DNA of 64,000 nucleotides from an uncultured Verrucomicrobiae bacterium (GTDB lineage Bacteria; Chlamydiota; Chlamydiia; Chlamydiales; Rhabdochlamydiaceae): NCBI GenBank assembly GCA_963813135.1, contig CAWEXY010000021.1, positions 64,001 to 128,000 of the forward strand, read 5' to 3'. Shown piece by piece: positions 60,877 to 64,000 of this stretch (position 1 is its first letter; each line of letters starts with the position of its first letter). The notes under the pieces were generated by a model. It saw only the letters and a program-made list of their open reading frames with translations, ran no database searches and was not told where the DNA came from. The position numbers and the translations under genes were made by a program.

Positions 60877-62013
60877 ATGTCAATCCGACCCCCTTTGCCA
60901 ACGGCCGACGTCATACAAGAGTACGTACAACGGGGTATCGTTAATAAGTTGCTTCTCACTCCCGAAGAAACCGAAATCCGCTCTTCTATAGAAACTAAAA
61001 AGCAGAGCCGTCCCGGCGTCTTACCTACGGATCCCCGATTAGTTAATATTGCTAAGGCCTATTTTGCAGCAGCTAAGCAAAACTCCGATCCCCAAACCCA
61101 AGCCGTTCTGTTTTTTAAAGCCCGTGAAGTAGCGATAGAGGTACAAGCTCTCGATCCCTCCATGAAGACATTAATCACCGAATCTGTTTTCGAAGAAGCC
61201 TTAGCCTGCGAAAAAGCAGCCAAGAACAGCCTAGATGAATTCTCCTGGATCCTTCGAGGCGCTAAAACGATTACTCCAGATCCCGAAAAAATAAATGACT
61301 CCATTCTCGATCCTTCGCATGTTCCTGCTAAATATAGCAAAGGATCCCAACTGTGGGAAGCTGCAGCCAAATTAACTATGAACGCGCCCATTCCTCCCCA
61401 TGCATTGAACTTCCGCGATGCGCTGAAGAGCCAAATGGATTCTTCAACTCGTTGCTTTGAAGCGGCCGCTCGATGCTCGCAGCGAGCCTATCTACTTTAC
61501 CGCGCTGAGAAAAACAAGGAATCAAAGACAACAGAAAAAATTCGCCTTCACACTTTACTAAAACGTGCGGCCGTAAACCTCCAGGCGATTGAGACATATT
61601 CTGATTTATCTGCTGGACTCAGGGGGAGAATTGTGAATATTATGACCTGGCAGCACAATTTCAAGCCCCAGGATCCTAAAAAAGCTGAAAAACTTTCCAA
61701 AAAACATTTAAAGGTTGCGGAACTTTACGCTCAGGAAGCGCAAACAAATAGCCTCAAGAAATTTGAATTGTACTTGGAACAAATCATTCATATCCACAGT
61801 GCGGCCCAACTAACGCCTTCGCATGCAAAAAAGATCGAGTTATTGAAGAAAGCTATTGCGATGGCCGCTGCTCTTAAAAAAGCATATCCCGCAACCGTGA
61901 ATAACCCCCTCTTCTATACGCAATCAGATACCATGAATGATAGTTTTCAACTGGATTGGGCCTATGGACAAGAATTAGCCGACCTCCAAAAACAGGGAGC
62001 GGAACAACTTTAA
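60877..62013 (+). CDS. Alpha-helical hypothetical (effector-like) protein
   Basis: AGGAG RBS; Ala-rich helical segments. Confidence 0.65.
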   Translation: MSIRPPLPTADVIQEYVQRGIVNKLLLTPEETEIRSSIETKKQSRPGVLPTDPRLVNIAKAYFAAAKQNSDPQTQAVLFFKAREVAIEVQALDPSMKTLITESVFEEALACEKAAKNSLDEFSWILRGAKTITPDPEKINDSILDPSHVPAKYSKGSQLWEAAAKLTMNAPIPPHALNFRDALKSQMDSSTRCFEAAARCSQRAYLLYRAEKNKESKTTEKIRLHTLLKRAAVNLQAIETYSDLSAGLRGRIVNIMTWQHNFKPQDPKKAEKLSKKHLKVAELYAQEAQTNSLKKFELYLEQIIHIHSAAQLTPSHAKKIELLKKAIAMAAALKKAYPATVNNPLFYTQSDTMNDSFQLDWAYGQELADLQKQGAEQL

Positions 62014-62055
62014 AAGAGAACTTTTCTTTTTTATTAGAGCTGCTATAAGAAGTTC

Positions 62056-62874
62056 ATGCACCTGCTTTTAGACGCTCTGTATTTTATTCCTTCGGAAGAC
62101 GGCGTCCCCTATGTCATTGAGCACAATGATTTCAAAAACCCCGACATGAAATGGGGCTGGGGATTTCGCTTGGGTCTTGCCCAAGATTTTTCGCATGATG
62201 ATTGGAAAGCGTCTTTGGTATGGACGTGCTTTCCGACGCAGCACGATACGGAGACAAGCGGCCACCTGACGGCCATCTGGTCGAATGCGCCGCAAATACC
62301 CGGAGACTTCGTCGAACACGCCAAGGTCCATTGGCGGTTGCATATGGGGATTGTCGATCTCGATCTGGAGAAAAAATGGACCATCTCTTCAGGCCTGGCA
62401 CTTTACCCGCATGCCGGCATCCGTTTCGCCTCGCTGAGAGAAAAATTCTTTGTGCGATACGCAGGAGGCTCGCTTTTCCCCGATGAGGTCGATAACATGC
62501 ATGCCAAAAATAAGTTCTGGGGATTAGGCCCGGAAGCCGGGCTCCATACCGATTGGAATTTGTGGAAGCAATGGTACATCTTGGGGAAAAGCACGGTGTC
62601 GATAGCCTGGGGAGAATTTTATGTGCATCAAGCAGAACGCGAAGAAAAGAGCCGTGTATCCTTCCTCCAAGAGCATAATGTGTTTTCACAGGCGGCGCTT
62701 TTGCTTGACCTTTCTCTGGGCCTTGCGTGGCAAGGAGAGCATTTTGGATGCCATCTCCTATGGGAAGAACACTTTTTTCCCAAGCAGAATCACCTGACCA
62801 TGCCAAGCGGCGCTAGCAGCCCCGGCAGTTTGAGCGTCACGGGACTAACACTCGGATTCGACTGGAAGTTTTGA
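62056..62874 (+). CDS. MOMP-like (Lpg1974-type) porin, no signal peptide visible
   Basis: WGWGFRLGL, FWGLGP..G, WEEHFFPKQN, GLTLGFDWKF. Confidence 0.75.
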   Translation: MHLLLDALYFIPSEDGVPYVIEHNDFKNPDMKWGWGFRLGLAQDFSHDDWKASLVWTCFPTQHDTETSGHLTAIWSNAPQIPGDFVEHAKVHWRLHMGIVDLDLEKKWTISSGLALYPHAGIRFASLREKFFVRYAGGSLFPDEVDNMHAKNKFWGLGPEAGLHTDWNLWKQWYILGKSTVSIAWGEFYVHQAEREEKSRVSFLQEHNVFSQAALLLDLSLGLAWQGEHFGCHLLWEEHFFPKQNHLTMPSGASSPGSLSVTGLTLGFDWKF

Positions 62875-63948
62875 GATCTCGATTTGGTCGTCGCTGCATA
62901 GGGTTAGCGTCCCGTTCAGATGATCATAATTAATGACTATGCCTCCTTGGAGGTCTAGCCTCAATCGATGCCGTACAAAACAGCTATTGACCAAATCACA
63001 TATCTGATACCACTTATCCGGTGATGAGCTGTGCAGCACACCATTCAAAAAGCTGCCTGTTTCATCCGGAATATCGACTATAATTAAACGTTGGTAAGGA
63101 CGAATTTTAAAGAACAAATGAGGTTTTAATGCAAGTTCTCCTTCAAGATCTGAAAGCGATAAGGTAAAGTCGACAGGGAGGGTGGCAAGATAAAGGCCAT
63201 ACGGAAGGGTAAAGTCGATCGAGTGTGTCTTGGGGTCGAAAGGTTTTTGAACCACCCATGGCGTATTTAACGCAACAAGCCTTTTCTCTAAGGGTTGAAG
63301 CCTGCGATTTAAAATCTGGTACAGAGCCTGATATATGGGCCTATTTTGTTCTAGGCAAGCTCTGAGGTGCAAGCACTCTTGTGCATTTAAATCTCGAATG
63401 CGCACCCCTAAAGGGCCATACAATTGCAAAACATCGTTGTCGCAAAAATTGAAGAAAATAGCATGCCTGCAAACACGAAAAATAGGTTGCAGATTTTGCC
63501 CGAAAAGATCTTGGATCATCTCCTTTCGTAAATTTTTCCCCGGCGTCGCTTGAAACACTTCATGGAACGTGTGGAAAAATGCCTTAAGGGTGTCTTGCTG
63601 CTGCTGAGCAAGAGATCTGAAATGACGAAGAACTGGACCGCTTATCAACTCTTGAAAATCTGTGGGGTCGGGTTGGGACATCATCCGAAAAATCCGATTG
63701 GGAAGCTGATAATGCTCGACCACCCACGACCGAGGATCCACATGCTGAGGAAGTGGAATGCCGAACTTTTGCACAACGATTTTCCAAAAATGCTCGGATT
63801 GCTGCATCGTACGCCATGCTTTACAAACAGACCCAAAACGCGTGAAGTCGCCTATTGTGCTGAGGTGAGAAACGATGTGGAATTGCAATTCGGCAGGCAG
63901 CGCTGTGATCATGCGCCGGTATTTTACGGTTGCCATAGATAAATACAC
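62845..63948 (-). CDS. F-box domain effector-like protein
   Basis: ITALPAELQFHIVSHL...DF.RFGSVCKAWR......HFWK. Confidence 0.85.
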   Translation of the reverse strand: MYLSMATVKYRRMITALPAELQFHIVSHLSTIGDFTRFGSVCKAWRTMQQSEHFWKIVVQKFGIPLPQHVDPRSWVVEHYQLPNRIFRMMSQPDPTDFQELISGPVLRHFRSLAQQQQDTLKAFFHTFHEVFQATPGKNLRKEMIQDLFGQNLQPIFRVCRHAIFFNFCDNDVLQLYGPLGVRIRDLNAQECLHLRACLEQNRPIYQALYQILNRRLQPLEKRLVALNTPWVVQKPFDPKTHSIDFTLPYGLYLATLPVDFTLSLSDLEGELALKPHLFFKIRPYQRLIIVDIPDETGSFLNGVLHSSSPDKWYQICDLVNSCFVRHRLRLDLQGGIVINYDHLNGTLTLCSDDQIEISKLPVESEC

Positions 63949-64000
63949 AAGCTATAGAAAGAATTATGTCTTTCATTCGCTCATTTGAGACCCTTTCCAA

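Noticed and set aside
1..64000. tRNA, rRNA, integrase or prophage genes
   Set aside because: None recognised by eye; tRNAscan and Infernal were not run

Overview
This 64-kb window most likely comes from an environmental Chlamydiae genome. The evidence is the rnc-radA-hemC order with a divergent CT296-like gene, a short chlamydial-type HemC, MOMP-like porins, and F-box, LRR, ankyrin, Sel1 and SH2 proteins. Housekeeping genes (heme pathway, radA, rnc, bioF, TolC-MFP-RND) are interleaved with accessory blocks. The best candidates for undescribed systems are: (1) a tightly packed 15-kb minus-strand operon (35502->20681) with a glycine-zipper membrane protein, a SecA-like ATPase, a TM/coiled-coil protein, four tandem HEAT-like putative immunity units and a 2385-aa ankyrin protein carrying an Ntox28-like (tRNase-type) domain near its N-terminus; (2) an operon of a signal-less OppA-domain fusion, a stand-alone bacterial SH2 domain and two MATE transporters; (3) a cassette-accumulation zone between the RND permease and hemD, where extra, synonymously diverged 3' ends of both flanking genes sit next to effector-like genes. 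Also present are a second toxin/immunity pair, an IS256 rearrangement with an rtcB remnant, an orphan IS200/IS605 (TnpB) right end, and two ~160-bp palindromic elements. Genes at 55.1-60.8 kb carry many frameshifts, probably consensus errors. All family assignments come from reading motifs by eye; no database searches were run.
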